Assembly: GCA_964474655.1 (NCBI GenBank)
Contig: CAYYTU010000008.1
Location: 10,732 to 74,731 of the forward strand
Reading direction: 5' to 3'
Source: an uncultured Anaerolineales bacterium
Lineage (GTDB): Bacteria; Chloroflexota; Anaerolineae; B4-G1
Length of the DNA stretch: 64,000 nt
The position numbers were made by a program, and so were the translations under genes. Under the pieces are notes generated by a model that made no database searches, had not been told where the DNA came from, and saw only the letters and a program-made list of their open reading frames with translations. This document shows positions 21,248-30,954 of the stretch, one piece after another; the first letter of the stretch is position 1, and the number at the start of each line of letters is the position of its first letter.

Positions 21248-21274
21248 GTGGCACTCTCACCAGCTCAGTGCTGA
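21248..21274 (-). promoter_or_regulatory. CIRCE-like inverted repeat (putative HrcA operator) upstream of lon
   Basis: GTGGCACTC-N9-CAGTGCTGA versus consensus TTAGCACTC-N9-GAGTGCTAA: 7/9 in each arm, exact 9-nt spacer. Confidence 0.55.
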
Positions 21275-21590
21275 TAGACGCCCTCATCAACTAGAAAAAG
21301 TGTTCTTGCTGTGCCCAAACTGACTGTTGCGGCCACCTTTTCTGCAATCATAACAATTTCACTTCGCTTTATTGGGATTAGCATTGGCACTTTGCGGTTT
21401 AGGTTGCTAATCGCAATCAAGTTGATGGCCGGGAAAGGGATTTTGGTGACAAAATCAAATGACGCACATTGTAGCCCGAAAATCATTTATGAGAATCCCG
21501 TCTAAGTAACGGGGTTCCATACGTTCGTTCTGGTTTTTTGCTTTTGACCGGGTTTGCTGAGGCCGCGAGGGGATTTTCTGAGACACGGAA

Positions 21591-21618
21591 GAAGGGGGCG
21601 CTAAAAAGCGCCCCCTTC
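21591..21618. terminator. Hairpin terminator downstream of the radical SAM gene
   Basis: Perfect 12-bp stem GAAGGGGGCGCT-AAAA-AGCGCCCCCTTC. Confidence 0.75.
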
Positions 21619-21647
21619 TGGCTATCGTGGGTGGCTTCCTGATGGGG

Positions 21648-23237
21648 TCAGGATATGCTGACGGCTTGGCGGCCTGGATCGGTCAATTCGCGCAGGCGCT
21701 TCAGGTAGTTGCGCGAACGAGCCTGACGGGCCCATTGCTGGATGTGTCTGTGGGCGTAGAGTCGCAACATAGGCACCTCCAGGATTTCCTGGAGCTCCGA
21801 CCAGGTGTCGCGCGGCAATGCTTCTCGCAGGATGCCCAGCAAATCGGGCCAGCGAGAGGGCAGGAACGAAAGAAGCGCGACGCGTGGCAGCTGGATCTGC
21901 AACCGACGTTCGCGCCAGAGCAGCTTGAGCAGGAAGGGGAGGTGGTGTGTGACTCTGGATAGGAGCGTCCGCAGCGCCAGGCCAACCGAGTAGAATCCGG
22001 ACATCGCGCGGTACGTCTCCATCTGAAGCTTGTACGCGCTCATCTGCTTGGGCTGGAAGACGCAGTGATGACCGTCGTAGAGCGCCCAGTCATCGGTAAT
22101 CAGGCGATCTTCGTCCACCATACGATTGTAGAATGGCGTTCCCGGCAACGGGGTCAGCATCAGGAACTGCACTGTATCGATGCCATTCTCCAATGCGAAG
22201 TCAACGGTGCGCTGCCCGGTGCCGGGGTCGTCGGTGTCGGCCCCCAGCACGAACATGCCGTGTACGTGGATGCCGTAGTCGTGGAAGGCGTGGATGCTGT
22301 TGCGGATGTCCTGCACTCTCTGACGTTTGTTGTAGCTTTCTAACGTGACCTGGTTGACCGATTCGAAGCCGCAGTAGACCATCTTGCAACCGGAATCGCG
22401 CATCAGTGTGAGCAGCTCGTGGTCCAGTTCGCCGCTTTGTTTATCTTTGTAAACCGCTTCGGCGCGCATTTGCGCCGACCAGGGGGGTGTTAGCTGGTGT
22501 TCGATCATCGCTCGCAGCAGGGTTTTGGTGCGTCGTTTATCGACCACGAAATTGTCGTCGTAGAAGAAGACGGTCCCGCGGTGATGGTAGGTCGCCAGCT
22601 CGTCCAGCACGTCGTCAATGGCGCGTGAGCGCACTTGGCGACCGAATATGCGGACGACGGAGCAGAAGTCACATGCGAAGGGACAGCCCCACTGCGTCAT
22701 AATGGGGATGTTCGTCATCTGCTCGTGGCCTACAATCAGATCCAGCGCTGGCGCCGGCAGGTCTTTCAGGGTGCAGGCAGTGCGATCTGGATTGTGAATC
22801 CGGCGTCCGCCCTGGTTGCGGTACGAAAGCCCGGCCACATCGGCGAGGCTGATATCGTGCTCCAGGGCCGCCACCAGCTCCAACATCGTCTGGTGGCCTT
22901 CACGGCGCACCACGAAGTCGCAGTAGTCCAACCCTTCGTCCGGCAAGAAGGTGACGTGCGGGCCGCCGATGACGGTGGGGATGCTCTTATCACGGGCTTT
23001 GTCGGCCATGCGGTAGGCCACGGGGCTAGTCGCGGTAGTGGTGGAGAGGCCCAGCAAGTCCGCCTCTGCCACGTCGTCCCAGTCGATCGGCGCCAGGGTC
23101 TCGACGTAGATGCGCACGTCGTGACCGCGCTCGGTCAGCAGTTGTCCGATCAGCGGTAAGCCCAGGCGGGGCAACAAAGCCTGGTCAAAGACGTTAAGCC
23201 CAGCCGGTTTAGGTTCGATCAGTCGAATCTTCATCAT
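21648..23237 (-). CDS. B12-binding domain radical SAM protein
   Basis: N-terminal cobalamin-binding region (IGGPHVT), GCPFACDFC CxxxCxxC motif, FYDDNF, GFES. Start at ATG 23237, behind AGGAGG. Confidence 0.9.
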   Translation of the reverse strand: MMKIRLIEPKPAGLNVFDQALLPRLGLPLIGQLLTERGHDVRIYVETLAPIDWDDVAEADLLGLSTTTATSPVAYRMADKARDKSIPTVIGGPHVTFLPDEGLDYCDFVVRREGHQTMLELVAALEHDISLADVAGLSYRNQGGRRIHNPDRTACTLKDLPAPALDLIVGHEQMTNIPIMTQWGCPFACDFCSVVRIFGRQVRSRAIDDVLDELATYHHRGTVFFYDDNFVVDKRRTKTLLRAMIEHQLTPPWSAQMRAEAVYKDKQSGELDHELLTLMRDSGCKMVYCGFESVNQVTLESYNKRQRVQDIRNSIHAFHDYGIHVHGMFVLGADTDDPGTGQRTVDFALENGIDTVQFLMLTPLPGTPFYNRMVDEDRLITDDWALYDGHHCVFQPKQMSAYKLQMETYRAMSGFYSVGLALRTLLSRVTHHLPFLLKLLWRERRLQIQLPRVALLSFLPSRWPDLLGILREALPRDTWSELQEILEVPMLRLYAHRHIQQWARQARSRNYLKRLRELTDPGRQAVSIS

Positions 23238-23384
23238 ATCCTCCTGGATAGACTCAGCTAGAACAGGATCAGCTAGCGATAGCATCGCTTAGAAAGAAGC
23301 GGGGGCCATCCCAACGGGCCGGGGCCAATTCAGAGGCGCCGATGTGGTAAGTTGGCGTATGGGGAATGATGAGCGTTGTGAGGG

Positions 23385-23927
23385 TTATTGAGCCCAGACC
23401 GTGAGGGCCGCGTGGATAGGCGGTGAACCGACTCGCTTTCCAGCAGGATAGGAGTGGAGGCGCGAAAATGGGGGATTATCAGACGGCAACTCAGCTTCCC
23501 GTCTGGTCAATAGCGTGGGGGCATAGGATCGATGATCTTCTTGAGATAACCACTGGAGCATCAGTCCCAGGCACATCTCCACCAGCGCCTGGATGGCGTT
23601 TTCCTCCGCCGTGTTCGCCTGGTCATCCTCGTCGGTGGCGTGAATGATCTCCAGTACGCGCTCCAGCGGTAGATTGAGGCGCGGAGCTGACGCTAACATC
23701 TTTTGTAACCGCTGGCGTCCGTCCAGAAGCAAAGTGCGGGCCAGCGTTTCCGATTGGGCCACGCCACCGTTCAGGCTCTGTGAAAAACCAATCAGGATCT
23801 GGAGCAGCAGGATAGGTTGCAGCCGAGCCAGCGTCTCAGCGGTCAGCGAGGATTGCAAAGCCTGGAGTGGCGGAGCAGCTTTCCTTTCATCTGAAACAGA
23901 CATTGTGGGGGGATTATAAGGATTCAT
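23385..23927 (-). CDS. Hypothetical protein
   Basis: 180-aa ORF filling an otherwise empty gap; helical composition; no recognised motif. Confidence 0.4.
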   Translation of the reverse strand: MNPYNPPTMSVSDERKAAPPLQALQSSLTAETLARLQPILLLQILIGFSQSLNGGVAQSETLARTLLLDGRQRLQKMLASAPRLNLPLERVLEIIHATDEDDQANTAEENAIQALVEMCLGLMLQWLSQEDHRSYAPTLLTRREAELPSDNPPFSRLHSYPAGKRVGSPPIHAALTVWAQ

Positions 23928-24122
23928 AGGTAAAAGTCAAGGACATTCCCCCGCTGCCCCTGTGTTGCAGATATAACCTCCGCCTGATAGAGAGACACCG
24001 CCAATGTGGTGGTGACTTTGGGTTTTGGGCCATGTTCGGCCTCGTCCCTGCCGCGGGGGATAACTTGGCGCGTCCCCGTAGCTATGCTATAATCGCCGCG
24101 CGTTAACGTTTGGAGGAGTCTC

Positions 24123-25550
24123 TTGCGGGAGAAACGACGGCAAAGTTGCATTGTCTGGATTATTATTATAGGCGCTATTCCGGTTCTCTTTCTGGCGTGG
24201 CAGTACGTTGACTACCGCTTGGAGATCCGTACGCTTCCGGCCGATATGACGGTTGGAGGGCTGTCGGTGGAGGGAATGACGCGACGGCAGGCGCTCAATG
24301 CGCTGGAGGTCGCCTTTGCGACGCCGCTGGAGGTGGCATATCATGATCAGCGGCTCACCCTCCCGCCCGATATGGTCGATCTGCGCTACGATATGGATGG
24401 AACCGCCGATAATCTCGACGATGCGCTGGCCCCCCGGCGAGGGCTGAGCGGCTTTGTTTCTCACCTCTTGCGGCGCTCTGGAGACCCGATCGACGTCCCC
24501 GTAGCGGTCACCTATTCCGAGCAGAAGTTGGATAGATTCTTGACGCGGATCGCTGATCGGTATGACCGGGCCCCGATGGAGCCTGTTGCGTTGCCCGATA
24601 GCTTGACGTTTCGGATCGGCAAGCCCGGCTTTCGTCTGGATGTCGATGCCTCTCGCGCTCGGCTTGTCGCGGCTCTCACCTCGGCCGCCACGCATCAGGT
24701 GGCGCTGGTCGTGGAGACGGAGCCAGCCTCTGATCTGGAACCGGCGTTGTTGATGACTATGCTCCACTCGATCCTGGAGGATCATGAGGGCCTGGTGACC
24801 GGCGTCTTCGTCAAGGATCTGGCAAGCGGCGATGAGCTGGCGATCAACGCTGAGGTGGCCTACAATGGTATGGGAGTGCTTAAAGTTGCTGTGTTGGCAG
24901 AGATCTATCGGGCGCTGGACGAGGCACCCGATGTTGAGACGTTGCAGCTGATCAGCGAGACCATCACGGCTGACGATGATTCCGCTGCCAACGTGCTTTT
25001 ACGCGATGTGATAGACGAGGGCGATAGCCACCAGGGGGCCGACTTGCTTACGGCTTCTTTGCAGCGCCTGGGGTTGAAGAATACCTTTATGACCGCTCCC
25101 TATGGCGTGGATACCGCATCGACCGTGGTCACGCCCGCCAACGCCCGCGCTGATGTCGACACCGATCCCGATGATACTATGCAGACCACGCCGCTGGATA
25201 TGGGATTGTTTTTGGAGATGATCTATCAATGTGATCGCGGTGGTGGAGCGCTGCTGGTCGCCCACGCCGATGATCTGACTTCCGACGCGTGTAGGGAGAT
25301 GATCGAATGGATGAGCGAGAATCGCATTGATAGTCTCATCGAAGTAGGCGTGCCGGCGGACACCCAAGTGGCTCATAAAGAAGGGTTGACGGCCGATACA
25401 CACGCCGATGTTGGGCTCGTCTTCAGCTCCGGTGGGGACTTTGTATTATCCGTCTTCCTCCATCGCCCCGACTGGTTGCCCTGGGAGGAGAGCGCCCCTC
25501 TGATCGCTGACATCGCTACCGCGACCTATAATTATTTCAATCCGGACTGA
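24123..25550 (+). CDS. Membrane-anchored PG-binding plus class A beta-lactamase/serine-hydrolase-fold protein with degenerate catalytic motifs
   Basis: N-terminal TM, VanW-like N-terminal region, C-terminal beta-lactamase fold. Expected SxxK, SDN and KTG read GVLK, DDD and KEG. Confidence 0.85.
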   Translation: MREKRRQSCIVWIIIIGAIPVLFLAWQYVDYRLEIRTLPADMTVGGLSVEGMTRRQALNALEVAFATPLEVAYHDQRLTLPPDMVDLRYDMDGTADNLDDALAPRRGLSGFVSHLLRRSGDPIDVPVAVTYSEQKLDRFLTRIADRYDRAPMEPVALPDSLTFRIGKPGFRLDVDASRARLVAALTSAATHQVALVVETEPASDLEPALLMTMLHSILEDHEGLVTGVFVKDLASGDELAINAEVAYNGMGVLKVAVLAEIYRALDEAPDVETLQLISETITADDDSAANVLLRDVIDEGDSHQGADLLTASLQRLGLKNTFMTAPYGVDTASTVVTPANARADVDTDPDDTMQTTPLDMGLFLEMIYQCDRGGGALLVAHADDLTSDACREMIEWMSENRIDSLIEVGVPADTQVAHKEGLTADTHADVGLVFSSGGDFVLSVFLHRPDWLPWEESAPLIADIATATYNYFNPD

Positions 25551-25558
25551 GTCAGGAG

Positions 25559-27505
25559 ATGGGATCGCTTAAGAGTCGCTATAAGCCCTCAGCATCACCT
25601 TCGGGACAGTCTTCAGGGGATTTTATGGATGAAGGCTCCTCGAGTGATGGACGCTCGTGGCCGAAGGGTGCCGACCGGCGTCACCTGAAGGAAGGAAGCG
25701 TCCTCCAGGATCGCTACCGCATTTTTGGGGCGGTGGCGATTGGGGGTATGAGCACTGTCTATAAAGCTCGAGACTTGCGGTTTGCCAACGTCAAGCGCAT
25801 CTGCGCCGTTAAGGAGATGGTCAACACGGCTAACGATTCGGAGAGGCGGGCGCTGATTGTCCGCAACTTCGAGCGCGAGGCCAACATCCTTGCCACCCTC
25901 AATCATCCAGGCATTGTGCAGGTCTATGATTACTTCACGGAGGGCGACCGCAGCTACCTGGTTCTGGAGTACGTCCAGGGTAAGGACCTGGAGACGATTA
26001 TGGCGCGCGTTGAAGGCTTCTTGCCCGAGGACCAGGTGATCCACTGGGCGCTCCAGATCTGTGATGTGTTGAGTTGCCTTCACAATCACGAGCCGCAGCC
26101 GATTATCTTCCGCGACGTGAAGCCCTCCAACATCATGCTTGATGCTCATAACCGGATCAAGATGGTCGATTTTGGCATCGCCAAGCTGTTTGAGGCGGAG
26201 CAAAAGGGGACGATGATCGGCACTGAGGGCTATGCGCCGCCGGAGCAGTATCGCGGCGTGGCCGAGCCGCGCGTCGACATCTATGCGCTGGGGGCGACGA
26301 TGCATCACCTGCTCAGCAAGCAGGACCCGCGGCGACAGCCGCCGTTTTCGTTCCACGAGCGTCCGCTTCGGGAGATCAACCCCCAGGTCTCGCGCGAGAT
26401 GGAGGCGATTGTCGAGAAAGCGCTGGCATATGATATCGATGAGCGCTACGAATCGGTCGCCGCGCTCCAGCACGAGCTGGCCAACCTCCGTCCGGGACGT
26501 GCGGGAGAGACCGTTCACTTTGGACCGGTGGAGAGCAGCAGCGGGAGCGATATTATGGCGCTCTGGCGCTTCGCCTGCGAGGATGAAGTGCGCTCCTCGC
26601 CCACCTTGAAGGATGGTGTGCTCTACGTCGGCGCTTACGACCACAACCTCTACGCCCTTGAGGCCGAAAGCGGGGAGTTCATATGGAAGTATGCCACCGA
26701 TGGCGGCGTGGCCTCTTCGCCCCTGGTTTACAAAGGGCACGTCCTTTTTGGATCCGCCGACCGGATATTCTACGCCGTCGATGCAAGAAGTGGGCGCGTT
26801 ATGTGGACTTGTTCCACCGAGGGCGCGATCTGGTCCTCGGCGCGAGTGACGTTCGATCACGTCTTCTTCGGCTCCGATGACAGGCGAGTCTACGCCGTCA
26901 AGGTGCTGAACGGTCGGGTCGCCTGGCGGTTTGAGGCCGAGGGCCCGGTGCGCTCGACCCCGGCTCTTGATGATGAGGGCGTCTACGTGGGCTGTGAGGC
27001 CGGCCTGGTTTACGCCTTGAGCCTGGGCGGTGACGCGCGCTGGCGCTTCCGGGCCAAGCGCGGCGTGATGTCCTCGCCCCGGTTAGGGGGCGAGATGCTC
27101 TATGTGGGGGGGCGCGATGGACACGTCTATGCCCTGGACATCAACTCCGGCTGGCTGGCCTGGCGCTATCGTACCGACGGCCCCGTCGTCTCCTCGCCGG
27201 CGCTGCACGAAGACGTAGTGTTCATTGGGTCCGCCGATGGCTCGCTCTACGCTCTGGACGCTGCCGAGGGGAAACGTATCTGGCGCTACGAGACGGATGG
27301 GCAAGTCGCCTCGTCGCCGGCTGTTTTCGAAGGCAGCGTCTACGTGGGCTCGGCCGACGGAGCCGTCTACAGCCTGGACGTCAGGACAGGCGACCTACGC
27401 TGGCGCTTTGAGACCGAAGGGCCAGTAACCTCGTCTCCCACTGTGGAGGATGGTGTGGTATATATTGGATCGAGTGACCACTATGTGTATGCTCTTCCCA
27501 CTTGA
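25559..27505 (+). CDS. Hanks-type Ser/Thr protein kinase with C-terminal PQQ-like beta-propeller
   Basis: GGMSTVYK, AVKE, IFRDVKPSNIM, DFG, GTEGYAPPEQ; about eight W-x(6)-V-x-SSP...YxGSxD repeats; no TM seen. Confidence 0.95.
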   Translation: MGSLKSRYKPSASPSGQSSGDFMDEGSSSDGRSWPKGADRRHLKEGSVLQDRYRIFGAVAIGGMSTVYKARDLRFANVKRICAVKEMVNTANDSERRALIVRNFEREANILATLNHPGIVQVYDYFTEGDRSYLVLEYVQGKDLETIMARVEGFLPEDQVIHWALQICDVLSCLHNHEPQPIIFRDVKPSNIMLDAHNRIKMVDFGIAKLFEAEQKGTMIGTEGYAPPEQYRGVAEPRVDIYALGATMHHLLSKQDPRRQPPFSFHERPLREINPQVSREMEAIVEKALAYDIDERYESVAALQHELANLRPGRAGETVHFGPVESSSGSDIMALWRFACEDEVRSSPTLKDGVLYVGAYDHNLYALEAESGEFIWKYATDGGVASSPLVYKGHVLFGSADRIFYAVDARSGRVMWTCSTEGAIWSSARVTFDHVFFGSDDRRVYAVKVLNGRVAWRFEAEGPVRSTPALDDEGVYVGCEAGLVYALSLGGDARWRFRAKRGVMSSPRLGGEMLYVGGRDGHVYALDINSGWLAWRYRTDGPVVSSPALHEDVVFIGSADGSLYALDAAEGKRIWRYETDGQVASSPAVFEGSVYVGSADGAVYSLDVRTGDLRWRFETEGPVTSSPTVEDGVVYIGSSDHYVYALPT

Positions 27506-27526
27506 GGGAGAGCTACTGGAGAAATT

Positions 27527-28399
27527 ATGAGTATTATCCGTAAGCTGTTGGGCTATGACCAACCTCCTGCCACCACCTCGACTGCTCCGTTGGAGCCCAG
27601 GCCTGAGGAGAAATCGGTCGTGCCTTCCAAACTTAAGGTTGGATGGGCTACTGACGTGGGCGTTCGACGCGATCATAACGAGGATACCGCCTTGATCTTC
27701 ACTGCCGCTCACGACGGAGATCATAGCTCCCCCCCGTTCGGCCTCTTCGTCCTGGCCGATGGGATGGGAGGCCATCAGGCCGGCGAGCGCGCCAGCTCGC
27801 TGGCGGCGAGAGTCACGACGCATCACATCCTGCGCCAGTCTTATCTTGCTACCCTGATTGATCAAGAGGCAGACGCAGCCCGTCCGGCGCTCAATGAGAT
27901 GCTCGTTGAAGCTGTCCAGGAGGCAAACAGCGCTGTAATTGAGCAGCTTCCGGGCAGCGGTACTACCCTGACCTGTGCGTTGGTGCTTGGTCTCCAGGCC
28001 TATATTGCCCACGTGGGGGATAGCCGGGCCTATATTGTTACCGCCGATGGTATGGAACAGGTCACCCAGGACCATTCCCTGGTCGATCGACTGGTCGAAG
28101 CAGGACAGCTGCCCCGGGACGAAGCGGCCGATCATCCGCAGCGAAACGTGCTCTATCGCGCGGTCGGTCAAGAGGAATCCCTCACCGTCTCGGTCTACGT
28201 GCGGTCTATTCCTTCCGATGGGCAACTCTTGCTCTGCAGCGACGGATTGTGGGACTTGGTGAGCGAACAGGAGATCCGAAACATTGTTGCGGATAGCCCC
28301 TCTCCACAGGCTGCGTGCGATAAGCTGGTAAAAGCCGCCAATCAGGCTGGCGGGCGGGATAATGTGACTGCCCTCTTACTGGAACCACCCCTCGGCTAG
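27527..28399 (+). CDS. PP2C/PPM family protein phosphatase
   Basis: TDVGVRRDHNED, LADGMGGH, HVGDSRAY, LCSDGL, GGRDNVT. Confidence 0.95.
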   Translation: MSIIRKLLGYDQPPATTSTAPLEPRPEEKSVVPSKLKVGWATDVGVRRDHNEDTALIFTAAHDGDHSSPPFGLFVLADGMGGHQAGERASSLAARVTTHHILRQSYLATLIDQEADAARPALNEMLVEAVQEANSAVIEQLPGSGTTLTCALVLGLQAYIAHVGDSRAYIVTADGMEQVTQDHSLVDRLVEAGQLPRDEAADHPQRNVLYRAVGQEESLTVSVYVRSIPSDGQLLLCSDGLWDLVSEQEIRNIVADSPSPQAACDKLVKAANQAGGRDNVTALLLEPPLG

Positions 28400-28409
28400 C
28401 AGGGGACGA

Positions 28410-29900
28410 GTGATGACAGACGAATTTGACGTCAAGAAAGATTATTATACCTTGCTGGGCGTTTTGCCTGCTGCCACTCAACAGGAGATCAAGCGCGCCT
28501 ACCACCGTCTGGCGCGGCGCTACCATCCTGATAGCCGTCCTGTTTCCACCCCTACCGCCCTGTTCCATCAGGTTCAGAAAGCGTATGCTGTGCTCAGTAA
28601 TCCTGAGGCTCGCAGCGCTTACGATCGGAGGCGCGCCGAACAGGGGCTGAGCCGGGATAATGCCCTGACTTGGGAGTTCACACCGAGCTTAGACCAGCTT
28701 CATACGGGATACGCAGAGCAGATGCTCTACTTGCTGGTGGAAGTGCTCCCGATGTCCATATCTCAAGAGAGCCGGCTACCCCTCAATCTGAGCCTGGTGA
28801 TCGATCGCAGCACCTCAATGAAAGGCGCCCGAATGTCTCATGTCAAGCGGGCAGCTCATAGGATCGTTGATCAGTTACATAAGGGGGATTCTCTCTCCAT
28901 TGTGACTTTCAACGACCACGCTCGAGTAGTGCTGCCCAATCAATTGAACAACAATCCTATTCAGGCCAAGGCGAAGATAACATCAATGAGGGCCGAAGGC
29001 GGAACCGAGATTCTCCAGGGGTTGGAATCCGGCCTCGCCGAGGTCGCCAAACGTCACACATCGCGCGTCCATAGCCACGTGATACTCTTGACCGATGGGC
29101 GGACCTATGGCGATGAGGCTGCCTGCGTGGCCGCGGCCAAGCGAGCCAGCGAGCATCAGATCAGCATCTCGGCGATGGGCATCGGAGAGGATTGGAACGA
29201 CGCGCTCCTGGACGATCTGGCCGCCATCAGCGGGGGGACTTCGGCCTACATCGCCTCGGCTGACCAGATTCAACCTCTGCTCCAGGAGCACGTGCGCGGT
29301 ATAAACGCCATCGTGGCGCGAGGATTAGATCTGACGATCCGCCGCGCCAAAGGTGTGGAGGCGAAGGCCGTTTATCGCACCGCGCCCAATTTTGAGCTCC
29401 TCAGTGCGAATAACGGTAAGATTGACCTTGGAGCGCTGCGTGCGGATGCTTCTATGGACCTGGTGCTGGAACTCATAGTCGAAGGCAAGCCAGCAGGGGA
29501 GCATAACCTTCTGCAGTTAGAGTTGACGGCCGACTTGCCCTCTTTGGAACAGCGTGAGAGATTGAGGCGTGAGTTTCGCTCTACTTTCACCGATGAGGTC
29601 TCCTCCGATGGAATGGCCCCGCCTCGCTTGCTGAACGCGCTACAACAGATCACATTATACCGTATGCAGCAGCAAGCTTGGAGCGCATTGGATGCGGGCG
29701 ATGTCACCCAGGCCACGCGCCAACTGAACCTGGTCGCCACCCGGTTGCTTGATCTGGGTGAACGTGACCTGGCCCGGGCCGCCCGACTGGAGGCGGGGCG
29801 TATCGCCCAGGGTGATGCCCCCTCGCCTGCGGGACAAAAGAAGATCAAGTATGGCACACGTATGCTGACGCTTGATTCGCTGGAAGAGATCGATGATTAA
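28410..29900 (+). CDS. DnaJ (J-domain)-vWA fusion protein
   Basis: DYYTLLGV...IKRAYHRLARRYHPD J-domain; vWA MIDAS VIDRSTSM, GGT, LLTDG; helical C-terminus ending IKYGTRML. Confidence 0.9.
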   Translation: MMTDEFDVKKDYYTLLGVLPAATQQEIKRAYHRLARRYHPDSRPVSTPTALFHQVQKAYAVLSNPEARSAYDRRRAEQGLSRDNALTWEFTPSLDQLHTGYAEQMLYLLVEVLPMSISQESRLPLNLSLVIDRSTSMKGARMSHVKRAAHRIVDQLHKGDSLSIVTFNDHARVVLPNQLNNNPIQAKAKITSMRAEGGTEILQGLESGLAEVAKRHTSRVHSHVILLTDGRTYGDEAACVAAAKRASEHQISISAMGIGEDWNDALLDDLAAISGGTSAYIASADQIQPLLQEHVRGINAIVARGLDLTIRRAKGVEAKAVYRTAPNFELLSANNGKIDLGALRADASMDLVLELIVEGKPAGEHNLLQLELTADLPSLEQRERLRREFRSTFTDEVSSDGMAPPRLLNALQQITLYRMQQQAWSALDAGDVTQATRQLNLVATRLLDLGERDLARAARLEAGRIAQGDAPSPAGQKKIKYGTRMLTLDSLEEIDD

Positions 29901-30405
29901 GTGTCCTTCGTGTGGGCAAGAGTATCTCCCTGGTAAGTTGTTCTGTAGTCACTGTGGCGTCTACCTGCGCACCGGCGGGCCTCTTGGCACTAGGCCCGTC
30001 GGTGACGTCAGCCCCCCCGCTGCCCAAGCCGGCAGCGATGCTGCAGGGGTGGAGGGCGAGGCCGAATTATACCTCAAGGTTGTGGGCGCCGATCAGCAGA
30101 TAGCCTTGCCGTCCAGCGGAGAGATCCTGATCGGGCGTCTTGACGCAGCACAGGGCGTCTTCCCCGATCTGGACCTCACCTCCTACGGCGGGCGAGAGGC
30201 GGGGGTTTCTCGCGAACACTGTATGATCTCCCGACAGGAAACGGGGTATCGCATTCAGGATCTTGGCAGTGCCAACGGCAGCGTACTCAATGGAACCCGG
30301 CTGGTACCTCATCGGCCGTACCCGATTGAGGCCGGAGATGAGCTCCAGTTGGGTAAACTGACGTTACGTATTCTTGCGCAAGACCAGCTAGCGAATGGAG
30401 TGTAG
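29893..30405 (+). CDS. Zinc-ribbon plus FHA domain protein
   Basis: CPSC...FCSHCG; FHA motifs IGR, VSREH, DLGSANG. ATG 29893 overlaps the vWA stop. Confidence 0.9.
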   Translation: MIKCPSCGQEYLPGKLFCSHCGVYLRTGGPLGTRPVGDVSPPAAQAGSDAAGVEGEAELYLKVVGADQQIALPSSGEILIGRLDAAQGVFPDLDLTSYGGREAGVSREHCMISRQETGYRIQDLGSANGSVLNGTRLVPHRPYPIEAGDELQLGKLTLRILAQDQLANGV

Positions 30406-30407
30406 TT

Positions 30408-30653
30408 ATGCCCATTAAAGTCTTGCTCCACATCTTGAACGAGGAATCGGTGCAGGGAGAAGTCGACCGCGTCCCTGAGCCGACGGACCAGGTATTGATC
30501 CTCAAGAACGCGCAGTATCGCGATGGTCGCGACGTCACCTACCTTCTTCCAGATACGGACGTGGTGATCTACCCGTGGAATCGTATCCATTGTGTGGAGA
30601 TTATCTCTCAGGAAGAGGAAGAAGATGTCGTCAGCTTCGTCCGCGAGGAGTGA
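30408..30653 (+). CDS. Small beta-rich hypothetical protein (81 aa)
   Basis: Starts 2 nt after the FHA gene; last gene of the operon. Confidence 0.75.
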   Translation: MPIKVLLHILNEESVQGEVDRVPEPTDQVLILKNAQYRDGRDVTYLLPDTDVVIYPWNRIHCVEIISQEEEEDVVSFVREE

Positions 30654-30733
30654 AAGTGTTCAGCTTGAGGGACGCCCCTAGCTACCGGACAGTTTTACAA
30701 CCGGGATGATCTTCCGTTCCAGATGCCGGCAGA

Positions 30734-30833
30734 AGTCATCCTGAGCCGTTTGTCTGAGCTCACGTCGAAGCCTATCGAAGGATGACGACTTGGCGAAAAT
30801 CGCACCCTTCGACAGGCTCGTTAGAGTCTCGTT
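30734..30833 (+). repeat. REP/MITE-like intergenic repeat, copy B
   Basis: GTCATCC...GGATGAC stem and CTTCGACAGGCTC core; 84/100 identical to the reverse complement of 20975-21074. Confidence 0.9.
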
Positions 30834-30954
30834 GTAGTGATAGGATGCCCGAATTTGTCCAGTTCATATGTTCGGATCAGTAAGCCCCCCGCCGATGACC
30901 GGGGTTCTGGTCAGAAAGTAGTTGGCTGAGGCGAACTATGGGAGGGAGGCCAAC

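Noticed and set aside
21265-21505. Small ORFs 21265-21486 (-) and 21311-21505 (+) in the lon upstream gap
   Set aside because: No SD, atypical AT-rich codons, they overlap each other and the CIRCE-like site, and no motif is recognisable.
25559-27505. Repeats in the kinase 3' half as a CRISPR or DNA repeat array
   Set aside because: They are degenerate protein-level beta-propeller repeats inside an ORF.
21211-30862. 12-mer GAATTTGTCCAG at 21211-21222 and 30851-30862
   Set aside because: The flanks do not extend and its orientation is inconsistent with the nearby REP copies; probably chance.
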